DNA of 64,000 nucleotides, from NCBI RefSeq assembly GCF_006345805.1, contig NW_021833892.1, positions 62,001 through 126,000 on the forward strand, read 5' to 3'. Positions within the stretch are counted from its first letter, which is position 1, and every line of letters starts with the position of its first letter. Shown here piece after piece: positions 24,918-37,581 of this stretch. The translations under genes were made by a program, and so were the position numbers. The stretch comes from Octopus sinensis. Taxonomy: Eukaryota. The notes under the pieces were generated by a model. The model was not told the DNA's origin, ran no database searches, and saw nothing but the letters and a program-made list of their open reading frames with translations.

Positions 24918-27246
24918 CGCAACGCGATGTTCGGTCAGACTTGTTGCCTCTTCGAACCGACTGTTATCTCCCTCTCCATCGGTTTTGTCTAATCTGAGGT
25001 CTAAACACCCTCCGCATCCCGTTAATTACCGCACACCACCTGCTATTGATTCGATTGCATTTCCACAACTACTAGTTTCTGCGGAACAAGTTGTGAAGGC
25101 ACTCAAAAGTTTCTCCCCAAGCAGCAGTGGGGGCATCGATGGTTTGAAACCAGGACACATTAAAGATCTGATTTCTCCCCTAACTGCTGAGGCTGGTCGC
25201 CAACTATTGTCTTCTATTACGGATCTATGCAACCGCCTTATCGGGGGTGATTTACCTGACTTTGCACGGACGATTTTCTTTTCTGCTAATCTCACCGCCC
25301 TGGGGAAGAAAGATAATGGTGTTAGACCGATCGCCGTCGGCAATATTTTTCGCAGATTGGCCGGAAAGCTTGTCTGCCACGCAGTAGTCCCCGAGCTGGC
25401 CCAAAAATTTCTGCCCGCGCAATTGGGAGTTGGAATCAGCGGAGGTTGTGAGTCGGCCGCCCATGCTGTAAGGGAACTAATGGAGACTCCAGAAGAATTT
25501 ATTTTGGTTAAACTGGACATCTCCAACGCATTTAATTCAGTCAGAAGAGATTTCCTGTTGGAGTCCTGCTATGCTCTTGCCCCTCGGCTTATCGTCTGGT
25601 CCATCTATCTTACTCTCAACCAAGTCTCCTCTTGTTCGGTGATTCCGTTATCGTATCTTCGACCGGTGTACAACAGGGAGATCCTCTTGGTCCTCTGTTG
25701 TTTGCAATCTGCGTCAACTCCATTGCCCACTCTGTCCTTTCCCCTATAAACATCTGGTATCTTGATGACGCCACAATATGTGGACCACCATGCTCTGTCC
25801 TAGAGGACCTTCGCGTAATTATCTCTGCCCTTTCATCTATTGGTCTTGAGATAAACTCTGCCAAATCCGAAGTTATAAATCTCAATATCCCACACGGAAT
25901 TTTGTCGAAACTATGGCCGTTCTGGAAGATATTTTAAAAGGCGTGCGGATCACTGATAAAAAAAACCTCCTCATCCTTGGCTCCCCAATTGGTCGCGAGG
26001 CTTTGTCTCAAACTCTTATTGACAAGGCAGCTGTTCTGTCATGCATTATTCAAAGACTCTCTCTCATCGACGCTCATGTCGGGTTCTTTCTTCTCCGTAA
26101 TTACTTTTCAACTCCGAAGCTCCTATATACATTAAGAAGCTCTCCGTGTTTTCACGAACAAAATCTCCTTTCCGTTATTGAAAATATTCTGAAGTCCGGA
26201 GCAGAGTCGCTATGCAACGTACGTTTCGACCCTCTTGGTTGGATTCAATCCACCCTGCCTGTAAGCCGCGGTGGGATTGGACTCCGTTCTCCCGTGTCTA
26301 TCGCTCTTCCTGCTTTCCTTTCGTCAACGGCATCATCCCGTGTCCTCACTGACATTGTTCTCAGAAACCTACCCGAACGAAAAATGTCAGTTGATCACGT
26401 GGCCGCTTTGGACCTGTGGGATTCATTGTACAACAAAAGACCCAGTGACCCGTGTATCCAAGCTCAATGGGATGCCATTTCTTGTGAAGCTCTTGACGTA
26501 CATCTACGCAAAAATTTTGATCAGCACAGACTTGCATGTCTCCGCGCAGGCTGCTGCACAGGGAGTGGGGCCTGGCTGGATGCTCTCCCTGTCCCTTCCA
26601 CCGGTAAACTATTAGACAAAGATTGCCTACGAACTGGTTTATCATTGCGTCTTGGATTGGAAATCTGCGAAATACACAAATGTCGTTGTGGTGCTGTCAT
26701 TGACCGTTTTGGTCTACATCCCCTTTCCTGTCGTCGCAGTGCAGGGCGCGCACCACGCCATGCAGCACTTAACGACGTTATTCAGAGGGGGCTCACGGCC
26801 GCTGGGATTCCATCAATCCTCGAACCCGTCGGGCTTGCGAGGGGAGACGGAAAAAGACCCGACGGCCTATCGACTTTCCCGTTTGAGTTCGGCAAGTCTC
26901 TGTTATGGGATGCGACGTGTTCAGACACTTTCTCGGAGCTCAACCTTCCTTCTTCAGCTGTCGAGCCTGGCTCAGTCTCTCGCAAAACCGAGAAGATGAA
27001 GATTGGAAAGTACAAGGAGCTCTCTGAACGGTATCTGTTCACTCCCATCGCCGTCGAGACTTCGGCGTCATCGGCGAAAAGTCTCTTTCCTTTCTAAAAA
27101 AGCTTGGCCGCATGATCTCCATAAACGGGGAGACCCACGCGAGTCCAAGTGGCTTTTCGAAAGGATTTCCTTGGCCATAGTACGTGGAAACTGTGTTCCA
27201 TTTACGATGCCGGGAATTTAGTTAGTTAATAACTATTTGTTAATTA
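24918..27246 (+). mobile_element. Long CRE-clade non-LTR retrotransposon (RT + CCHC + RLE), 5'-truncated
   Basis: RPIAVGNIFRRLAGK, QLGVG, KLDISNAFNS, GVQQGDPLGPLLF, WYLDD, HPLSC..RH, KRPDG, LLWDATC, AVETS; the main frameshifts are each fixed by one homopolymer base; no TSD found. Confidence 0.93.
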
Positions 27247-29639
27247 CATATAACTTTTATTACAAATACTGATAATTTCTGCAGATGGATAATATAGAGA
27301 TTCAAATTATCAGTCGCAACGAAGGATTTGTTCCAAAGTCTTTTTTAACTCGAACCTAAACATTAATTTTTATGCATACCTTATCACCAACACTAAATTC
27401 ATACTTACTATTGTGAACATTCATTTTTCTGTTCATCGCTTTGTAATAATTAGAATTAGGATCAATGGGGTTGATTTCGAACTGAAATCTTTTCGGACTT
27501 GTAAACGAATAATTACAGTCATCTACATATAGAAATTCAAATTACATGAATTTTCAATTGGACTCGGACAATTGTTTGCATCATCGACTTGATCAGGACT
27601 CAACAAATCATTACTTGAATTATCTAAGGAAAATTTTATAATTACAACCATAAAATATTGTATTTATTCCACTTATTCCCCGGTATCTTTCAAAAGGGCT
27701 CTCATTAGAAGATGAGTGGACAGAATGTTATAACTGTACACTGCATTTTCTAATTTTTCCAGCCACTTTTATTATCATTGTCGATCATTTTTGCCATTTT
27801 CTTGTAATGACTGGTTGAAGCGTTCGACAATCCCTTGTGAGCGGGGATTGTTTGGCCTTCCGTGAATTCGTTTGATATTGAATTCCTCACATAGATTGGT
27901 CATTTCACGATTCTTGAATTCAGTCCCATTATCGGACTGAAGAAATTGACACGGACCATTTAAGAAAAATAATGATCTAAGGTTTTCACAAACTTCATTT
28001 GAGGACTTAGTGTAGAGCAGCCTCGCAAATGCAAATCTATAAAAATTGTTAAAAAAACTAACCTGCTATATACGTCAATGACCGTTAAAATCCATTTAAA
28101 ATTTTTATTTATAGTAGAAAAACTTTTCAGATCTATAAGATCTATCTGAAATCTTTCATTTGGGCAAGATGCAAAGACATAGTTATTTATATCTCCAATC
28201 TAGGATTTAAAAAAGTTAAAACTTTTAAGGGTCGCGCAAATTTACAAATTTCACAGTTTCGAATGACTTTTCGAATAATCTCGTTTTTAACTGTGAAATA
28301 TCGTTGTCGACATTCATATTCAATTTTGTTAACTCCTCCATGCGAGAAGTCATGCAAACTATTAGCAACGATCTCCATTTCGGGTTCATTGTCTAGGAAA
28401 TCACTAGCTTGTGATCTGAATTCGCACATTAAGATACAATCTATACATTTACAATTTGTATGATACCTTTCATTAATTACAGTAAAATTTCAATTTTCTT
28501 AACTAGTCTATATTTTTTTTGCTTTGTAAGATGTTCAGGAAATTTATCCTGTAAAGCATCTTTTAAATTTGATATTCCAAACTATTCTTTACATAACCTT
28601 TCTACGAGGACATTGCTGCAAAATATACTTGCACGCTAGAAATAACTCAAGAAATTTAGGTTTTCCACCAAAAAAAATTAATTTCTGAATAAATTCCTAC
28701 AAATATAATTTTTTGTCAAAATGAGAGAGTCTTTAGCTAATTTAGTAAATTATTAAATGATAAGAATGAGTCGCGGTCTATTAAAAGATTTATAATTTAA
28801 TCCCATCAATGTCATAATTGAACATTTCAAGGTCACGTCAGGTATCGCGCGGCCCATAGGTATCGCGCAAACCATGTCACATAATAAAACCTCACAATAT
28901 CAGTTTTAAAAATTACACAAATGAAAGATCTCATTATCGATCACCCAGCAATGATCAATTTAAAGAATGCCCATCCAAAACTTCCAAAAATGAATATCAA
29001 TCACAAGAACAGAGACCAACCACATCGAATGCATCATTTTTTTCGTGCCCTCGAAATATCTACCAAAACAGTATAATCATAATTTTTCAATTCAGAAAGT
29101 ATACCTCTGTACTCAAATGAAGACCCTTGCGATATAATCAGCGATAAAAGAAAGAACAAAGTGAGGGAATACATAAATCCCGGGGCAGATTAAAAAAACA
29201 AAGAATCTTCACATACGGCAACATTCTTAATTCGATTGATACTATTAGATATGACACTATTGAGTTTTAAATAAGTATATTAACAAAAGTATAGAAATGG
29301 ATGAAATTTCTCAGTTATTTTTAAAGAAATTTTATGATAGATTAATGAGAATATTCACGACTATACTATTTTTAATCTGGATATTAGAGAGGGTAGAATA
29401 ACCAACCGGAAACATAAAGGAAATCCAACAACCCAAAGTAGACTTTTCTTAAATATTACAAAACTACAAAGGTTTTTTTCGTTTAACCGATACCAAGACT
29501 CTTCTCTACCCTGAGACCGAAGTATCGAATAAATCCTAGCGTTTAAATCACTTAAAAAATGTTAGAGGTGAAAGATGGATTTAAACGAGCAATGGTGAGT
29601 AGTTTATTATTACACAATTAATTGATAGTTTCGATACAA

Positions 29640-30740
29640 ATTGAAAGCTTGAAGTTCCTTTTCTAAGCATCGAGGATCATCACATCATCGGCATATAAGA
29701 AAAAATCAGATGGAGGATCAGCATTGAATTGCTCATGGGGCATGTCCTTGCGGAACATTCTTAAAATAATTTTTCTAGAACTGAATCCTAGTTGAGAATC
29801 GAATGAATAGCGATTTGATAAGAAACTTTGCAGCCAACTGTATGCTTCTCTTTCCCTAAATCTCTGGCTTCAGCTTCCTTTGAAATAATAATTGCAATAT
29901 CTTTCTTCATACTATTTTATAGTTTTCACTCAGTACTGAGATTTTTGTAAGTTTTTTAAATGTCAGATTGTTTACAATAAAAAATTTCTTTTTTAAACTT
30001 AAATTGTTAGAATTCCTTTTGTGAGTTAATTGTAATTAACTTTTTTAAAATGTCATATTTATCTTTCTTTAGAAATTTTGAGTATGCAGATATCAAACGA
30101 GTATGTTGGACATCAAGTTTTCAAAAGACTCAAATAGCTCCCTTAGTGGATTTTTTTCGGATTTTCTACATCGAAATAGATTGAATGTATTAATTCTTTG
30201 ATAGTCTTAGGGCGCTGAGCTTTCAGAGGGGATTTAGATTCATTTTAATCTCAGAGTCCAGAGACTTGGAGTTTTCTGAAGAGTTCTCAAAAGTTCCAAA
30301 TCCGAGAGTTGCAAAACAGAAAAGGCGAATTCAGGATTCTATGTCACGTGACTAGACTGTCCTTTCAACTAGACTGTCGAGGCAGCAGAAACTCTGGCTG
30401 ATTTGGAGATCTTTAAAGTCCCAAGATCTGGAGATCTCGAAGAGATCCTTCTGGATTTTTGAAAAGAAGAAAGCAACGGGATAATCGAATCCCCGTTTGT
30501 GATTAAAAATGCAACGGCGCGTGTTTCTTAGGGTTCAGAATAGGTGAACATGGGTAGACAACGTGAGAAAAGCCAATTGCGGAGGCCTTTGACAGCATTC
30601 TTCCTTAACTTCACACAGCCAATGCGGTGGTAGTCCACGCAAGAGGAGCAGAATAGGCCCAGTTTCCGAGAGTACTTTCGGGAGCAGGTAGCACATCCAC
30701 TGGTAGAGTGATTTGACAAGGGTCGTCGTCTCTTGCTTCT
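29640..30740 (-). mobile_element. Decayed LINE: PHD-like Cys-rich N-terminus plus RT remnants
   Basis: CATCSRKY..FCSSCVDYHRIGCVKL..W; AYSWLQSFLSNR; FLYADD; heavily deleted. Confidence 0.55.
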
Positions 30741-31639
30741 TCATTTGGTTTTTCAGACAAAATTACCAAAAAAGGCTTTATTTTTATCAATTTTTTATTA
30801 AACTAGTGATAAAACTAAAGAATTCTTGAATTAATGAATTTGATTAGTAAACCAATTGATGATGGAATATGAAAAATTATCTCCTCAGAGTACAAGATCG
30901 AGAATAAGTGTATCTTTAAAATGCTTGAAGAAAACTGGATTTTGGAACCACCACAGATTAGTTTTGTTCGCACTGGAGACTTGAAGGGTTGCAATGAGAC
31001 TGACCTCCTAGTTTATAAATGATCTTGTCTCTTTACTCTGTGAAGCACTGCTCTATTAACTCAGAGGGGTCCGACCCTCCAAATTATTTAGTTTATTGAC
31101 TACAGCTTCTAAATGTCTTTAAATTTTGATTCCCTTTCAAATATAGGAAATTCCTACTCAAAATTCCTTCAGTAGTAGGAGGGCTGACATTCTACGGACC
31201 ATCAGTATCAAGGATAAGCCTAACCCCCAATTTCCTTTGTCCATCGCTTTATTTGATTCTTTAACCTATCTTAGTCATATATTCTAAAATAACAAATTAT
31301 TATCCTGATCCTTTGTTGGGCTCCACCCTTACGTGTTTTGAAAAGGAAAATGATAGAATTTGGCTAATTACAGTGGGTTGTTTTTATTTTAGACTAGTTT
31401 TGAATATAGCATTCCTAACATCGCTGTGAGTTATGGTTATGAACTCAGTCCCTATCAGTTGTGTATGGGAGTATCCAGAGAGTTCAAAGCTGCAATATAC
31501 GCTATAATCTAACTGTAACAACACCCTCATGTGTTACTGAAGATTGATAAAAACGTTTTCAGTGTCAGAAGGGACTACATTTTTTAAAATTTGTGAGAAA
31601 CGTATGCCAAAGCTGTACAATTATGTCAAAATATAAACA

Positions 31640-31930
31640 TCCTACTCTTCTAATTCCGGCAAAAATATTTCGTTTTCCAAACATAGTACAAAAAGGCGAC
31701 CCTTTCTGGCATCTTCTGTTCGTTCTTACTATTACAATATCATTCGGAACATAGAGTTTCCTTTATATAGTTGGTGTCTCAATGATAGTACATTTGCCGG
31801 GGATTCTGACAATGTTTAGTCTGCGATTCGAAATATTATCTTGAAATTTCTTTCTAATAGTTTTGGCATCAACTTTTCAAAGTCTGAAATCTATAATGTC
31901 AAGTATTCTAATACAAACTTGTATAACTGT
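31640..31930 (+). mobile_element. Old, decayed CRE RT fragment
   Basis: VQKGDPF..WCLNDSTFAGD..GINFSKSEI parallels GVQQGDPL..WYLDD..GL.IN..KSE. Confidence 0.5.
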
Positions 31931-32353
31931 ATGGACAAACTAAACTTAGTTTGCGTGTCGAAACGAAATTGCATGTAATGCGACTTAAACTAAGTGTTTT
32001 CCCCAGACTGGATCCCTCGGTGTCTGTTGCACATTCTTGACGTTTTGAAAGTAAAGTGAATCGTTTTGGCCTCTAACTTCTGTTTTCGAGGAAGGACGCT
32101 GTCCGCTTCGCTTTTCACTGAAAAAGAATATTCATTCGATGCTGATTTCTATTTCATTTTTTTCAAAAATAAAGTTTCTAATCTGATAAATCAAATGCGT
32201 GGACTCCTCTCGTTAAAATAAATGCATTGATCGGTTTGATAATAAATAGATTTTTTTAAAAAATTAAAAATATTATTCTTAAAATCTCTAATTTGCGGTC
32301 GGTCGCGGTTTGTACATTAATAGAATATGCATATTATTAGAAAAATAAAACAA

Positions 32354-33439
32354 TCAGAATATTTTTTCACCCATCAAGATATGTTCCCCACAGGATATAG
32401 AAAACTTCATGTGACTGGGAGCCTCAAATACGAGCACAACCGTCGAGCCAAGATCAAAACAGCCTATCCGCTGACCCTTTTTGTACTGCAATAGCCTGTC
32501 AAAATTAACAAGTCCCGACGTCTCAATTTTACTAGAACTAGTCAAGAGCGTCTAAATTACAAGCAAAAAACAAACCGGGTCACTTTCTACAAGGATCGAC
32601 CCGACATTCATCGCCCCCACCGCAGAAAAAGTAAAACTGCCATGTTCCCACTCGCCCAAATAGACAACTCGCTCGTTCAAACTCAAAATGTTTCTCTTTT
32701 TAAGCAAAGCAGAAGGTTTCACTGAATACAACTTTCCTACGATGATTAGACACAGTTAACCAGGGATTTGCAGTCTGGAAGAGGCACACCAGTCAGCAGG
32801 GGAGTAGAAATGGTGGAAATCTCCGGGAGACAAGTAGAGCACACAGGCGTATAGACAGTTCCCGGTGGAAGGGGAGGGCATAGGAGACCCGAGGAAGTCA
32901 CTTAAAGTCATCGAAAGATTTTTTGCGTTGATGACTTGTTCGTTGGAGATTTTATCACAGAAGAGAACGGTTCCGTCTACAGGGGAAACCAAAGGATTGG
33001 GGATTCCATTTAAGTACCATTTTGGCTGTTTTGTCAACTGGACGCACTTCTCGTCGGAATTCTCTCCTGAAGAAATCGCTTAAAGAAGCAAAGTTTTTGA
33101 GGTCAGAATCGAATGGCATATCCTCCATTCTACATCCGTATACTCTGCCGAAGGTAGAGTAAATAGGTCTTCTTAGAAAAGTGGGAATTTTAGAATGTGC
33201 TACACGACCGAAAGCACGAGACATTTCCCAGCGAACGACATCTGTTAATGAAACTTGCTAAAGCCACAAGTCACATTTGCGATGATACCGAATCTTTAAA
33301 TTTTTGAGGCTCATAAGTGCGGCATCCAAAGTAAGAGACTAAGCCAAGTCCACTGAAAATGTAAATATATTTTGCATATTTCCATGAGTTCATTATAAGG
33401 TGAACTAAGACAGTAAAGGACGAAATTAACTTCATGCAT
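32354..33439 (-). CDS. PISD: Phosphatidylserine decarboxylase proenzyme, multi-exon
   Basis: SRAFGRV..FFRR..RPV, LVSPVDG, YLSPGDFHHFYSP, NERVV, GAMNVGSI, autocleavage motif FDLGSTVVLVFEAP; N-terminal TM; ATG 33439 inferred. Confidence 0.93.
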
Positions 33440-33520
33440 TTTAAATTTTATTGTTACATTGGATAAAGTATATATTTATAATAAGAATTATTATTTAAAT
33501 AATCTTTGTATATTAATCTA

Positions 33521-33584
33521 ATTAGTTGATCTAAGTCTTACCCTCATTTCAGTCTTACCCTATTAGTTGATCTAAGTCTTACAC
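33521..33584. repeat. Interleaved short direct repeats at the LINE/hAT left junction
   Basis: ATTAGTTGATCTAAGTCTTAC at 33521-33541 and 33562-33582; AGTCTTACCCT at 33534-33544 and 33551-33561. Confidence 0.85.
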
Positions 33585-34168
33585 CAGCGTTTCCCAACCT
33601 TTTTGTGCTCGCGGTACCTAAAACTAGGTTTTTTTTCTCCCGGCACTTAAAAAATCAATATTCATTAGAAATGTTTTTTTAATTAATATATTCAAGAAAC
33701 TTGACAAAAAATACCAAAAGTAATTATAATAACTAATGAGACACTTGTGCTTGTTTATGTGCACACAAAATTTCCAGACGGGGACGAATTTGCGACAAAC
33801 ATACGCGGAGGTCATCTTCAACTGATAACAACCTGTTTCTGTTTTTTGATTTAATGTCGACGAGACAAGAGAAAGATTGTTCACACTTATATGATGTTGA
33901 GAACTGAAGCAATATTTTGATTGCTTTTTTAAAAATTGAAGGATAAGAATCTTTTATCAAAATCCAGAACTTATCTGTCGTCATTTCAGTAAATTTAATT
34001 TTTAATGTGCGGTCATATCGAAGTTGACAAAGCTCCTCCTCTTCTGTTAGAGTAAGTTGATAGTCACATGATTCGGAGAATGGATTTCTAATCCAATCAT
34101 ATATTTCAATATTGAGAGACGGAAAATAATGATTGATGCTCTCTTCCAATTCTTCTAGATGAGATATA

Positions 34169-35979
34169 CAGTCCCGTTTAAATGTTAGAGGCACCCATTT
34201 TTTCCCTAAAAAAGGCACTTATTTGTCATTTTTTGAAAAAAGTTTTTTGTTAATAACAAACTATTGAATAAAAAATCTTAACCTAAAATTTTTGAGCACA
34301 TTTAGTTTATATGTTAATTTAAAAATGGATATTTTAGCAACAGTCAAATTAATTAATAGCGAAATAATGTCGTGAACTTGAGGGTTAGTCCGACGACGAA
34401 GCACTGCGGATAGAGAGGCAGTTCCCGCGAAGAATTGCAACCGAGATGCGCTGGAAAAGCCAGCTCGTCTCCCTCCGGTCATTTGTATTCTGAGATTCTT
34501 CCTCCCACAACCCGTAACAGATTTTCCACCTTCTTTCCAACCACACCGGAGGTCTCAAAGGCTAGGGGGACAAACTCAACGACGTTCGGAAGCACAGCGT
34601 ACTTCGTCAACTTCCTTTCTTCTGCCAGCGCACATGCGTAGCCTGGTGTACTGGCTGTTCCTGTGAGCACAGTATCTGAAAAGGAGTCGACTTAATGTTT
34701 ATAATGTGTATTTACTAAGAAACTCAAATAATACATCGTTCATATGTTAGAAGCACATTTCAATGACGAAAGACAAAATTATCCAAAAATTTAATATTTA
34801 GTCATTCCTCCATTATTTATGACTACCGAAGATATTCTTCTTGGAATTGACTCAAAAAGCTTAATAACCACACCTGTATCATGTTTTCCCAGGCCTTCTT
34901 TGTTTCATTCCATAATTCTTGAATCGTTGATGCTCCACATTTTTTAACTTCTTTTTTTTTAATTGCCCATAGATTTTCAATTATATTAAGTCAGGAGATT
35001 GACTTGGCCATTTTTCCATGAGTTTTATGTTGTTTTCGGCCATAAACGCTCTAGTGGATTTTGATGTATGACATGTTGCTCCATCTTGTTGAAGAAAATA
35101 ATTTCTTCATAAAATTTTTCAAATCCTTCTTTTATAATAACGCGTTGATATTCGGCGGAGTCGACTGTTTTTCGGCAAAGGACAATTGATCTTGCCCATT
35201 GCTTTTAATTGCTCCCAATATCGTAATTGATAAAGGGAATTTCACAGTTTCAATTGAATATTCTTTCTGTAATTTTGATCCAGGGGGTCTTCTTATGTAT
35301 TGCCTAGACATCTGATTTAACTGAATCCGGCATTCATCAGAAAATATCACTAAATTCCAGTCGTCTTGATTCCACGGAATTTTAGTAAGACACCATGTAT
35401 ATCTTTTATCAACCTGAGATGCAGTCAATTTTTGTTTTTTCACTGCAATGCGTCCGAATAAATTGTTGCGTCTCAAAATTCGTTTAATTGTCGAAAGACT
35501 CACTTTTCCGGAAAAGTTACAGCATATAAGAAGATCGTTGGCGGTCATTTTTGGGTGTAATTTTGACATTCTGATAAGATAGCGTTCATCATTTTTGTTT
35601 AATTTTTTCCTCCTCCCTTTTTGGCATATCGTTATATAAATATCCGTGTAAAAATCGCTTTTTAATTTTTTGAATGGCACAACGAGAGATTCCCAAATCT
35701 TTGGATATTTTCACCTGAGATTCGCCACATTTTAATTTTTCGATGACGAGAAACCTGTTATAAGCTGATACGCGAGGCATTTGAATTTTTTATTAGAATT
35801 AATAATAATAAATTATAGATTTCAAGTTGAGAATACTATCGGTCGAATATTTATAAAAACTTTGGAAATGTTTAATTTCCTTTAAAAACTTAATTTATTC
35901 TTTAAAATCTTTCGAAAAATAATAAATAAGTGCCTTTTTAGGGGAAAAATAGGGTGCCTCTAACATTTGGACGGGACTG
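34169..35979 (-). mobile_element. Tc1 (DD34E-type) transposon, frameshifted
   Basis: ~55-bp TIRs CAGTCCCGT..AAATGTTAGAGGCACCC; TA flanks; IFSDE, QQDGATCHT, WPSQSPDLNIIE. Confidence 0.92.
34365..34692 (-). mobile_element. CRE 3' fragment nested in Tc1
   Basis: VDSFSDT..KLTKYAVL..FVPLAFETSGVVG; matches the RLE end of 7704-8140. Confidence 0.8.
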
Positions 35980-37581
35980 TAATACAATCACTAATCATTA
36001 TATTATTATCTAAAATATTCTTATCTTTGTATTTAATACTTGTATGCTTGCAATAATGGAAACATTTCTAGATCATTAAGTTTTACATGATTCTTCCAAA
36101 TATTTAGTTTCTGTTTAAATCCAAGTATTTTATCAGTTGAAGTTAACACATTCTCGAAATTTCCTTGTAAAGACTTATTTAACGAATTTATATGTTTGAA
36201 TATATCAGTCAAATACGCCAACCTATAAAAAGTTATGAATAATTATTCAGAATTACCTTAATAACCATTCTTTATTTTCGAAACATAAACAAAGTAAATT
36301 TTATTTAACTGTCGAAAATACTGGCACATTTCTTCTTTTAGTTCATATACTCTGGCTAAAATTTCCCTCAACTAAGCCATCTGATGTCTGTGTAGAATAA
36401 TAGAGTGGTATGTTCTTTATCAAAATCTTGGCACAAATTTTTAAATGATCGATAAAGAAGAGGCCTCTTTTTAATAAAATTGATCATTTTGATAACGTCA
36501 GTAAGAACATTTCTTAGTTCTTTTCCAAGAGTTTTAAAAACCAGCACTTCTCTGTGAATGAAGCAATGTGTTGTGATAATTTCATCATTTTCCTGTTTTG
36601 CAAAAGCGACAAATCCTAGATCCAACCATTGAGGGAGCACCATCTGTGCAAATCCCAACACAATTTTTCCATGATATATTATTCTGCTCGAAATATGTAG
36701 ATACAAGATTGAATATATCTTCTCCTTTGGTCGTACAGTTTATTTGTTTGCAGCCTAAGAAGTGTTCCTCAATCGCATTATCATTTACAAATCGAACAAA
36801 TACAATAACATGAGATTCTGAACAAAAATCTGTTGATTCGTCCACCTGAATAGAAAAATTGCTATGAATTAGTTTTCCATTAACAAATTTTTCAATATTC
36901 TCAGATATGTCTTGTAGACGGCGACTAATAGTACTGTTCGATAATGGAATATTATCAATCTGTTTGGTTGCTTCCTCCCCAAGAATTTTACTAACAATAA
37001 TTTTGCAGGCGGGTAATATCAATTTTTCTCCAATAGTGTGATTCTTACGGTTTTTGGATATGAGCTCGGCAACGAGGTAACTAGCTTCTAAAGCTCTGAG
37101 AAACGTGAAGTGTTTTACGAATGTGGCACTTTGAGTCTCCTGGGATTTTAACATGTTCTTGAAATATGATGATTTCTTATCTCTTAAAGAAAAGTGCATA
37201 GTGACTAAATGCCTTTTCATCTTAGACGGGACCATCCAATCATTTGAAAGAATTTTACTGCATACAATACACCTTGGTAGTGGCAATGCACAATCTCCAT
37301 TCCATGTAAATCCATAGTTCAAATATTTTTCAGAATAAATTCGTATTTTTTTTGTTTTTTTATTCGCCAAAGATTGAGGATGTGAACCACCAAAAAAATT
37401 GCTCATAACTAACTATGTTAATTTTAAAAATTTTTCAAGTTTTTTTAATTGAATTAAAATATTATTATACAACTATAAATAATTTTTAATTTTAAATATT
37501 AAAAATCTCGCGGCACCTAAAACCAGACCTCGCGGCACCTAAAGTGCCGCGGCACCCCGGTTGGGAATCGCTGTCTTACAC

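Larger units (their letters stand above)
24504..28881 (-). mobile_element. Ginger2/TDD-like DNA transposon (Gypsy-type integrase) with introns and two nested CRE insertions
   Basis: TGT..ACA ends in imperfect TIRs (TGTGACATGG..TACCTGACGTGACCTTGAA); 5-bp TSD TAATA (24499-24503, 28882-28886); HHCC finger, FQIDLIDL, LTVIDVYSRF, LQSDNGTEF, SQGIVERFNQSL. Confidence 0.9.
23820..29200 (+). pseudogene. PMP22/EMP/claudin-like tetraspan membrane gene interrupted by the Ginger element
   Basis: EWLTSVQCLTGISSFMMLISTVIIFVARF..LKYAGFLTTVV|ALMDAGVCLIYYYF..FYLFILSFVFSLFSAF; a tail frame stays open across the Ginger site once element plus one TSD are removed; start unresolved. Confidence 0.4.
33585..37573 (-). 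mobile_element. Buster/ZBED5-type hAT transposon with a nested Tc1
   Basis: TIRs CAGCGTTTCCCAACC / GGTTGGGAATCGCTG; 8-bp TSD TCTTACAC (33577-33584, 37574-37581); YLNYGF..PRCIVC, IQVDEST, CTDGAPSM, HCFIHRE, IRWLS, FSTSYKCEQSFS; 34-nt intron 36223-36256. Confidence 0.95.

Noticed and set aside
24892-24918. Retroelements targeting splice donors (CRE at ATG|GTAG; LINE TSD reverse complement GGTAAGACTT)
   Set aside because: Two cases from unrelated clades; the other TSDs show no donor motif
33733-34218. 161-aa ORF starting MPFLGKK
   Set aside because: Its first 16 codons come from the Tc1 TIR; the rest is the hAT C-terminus
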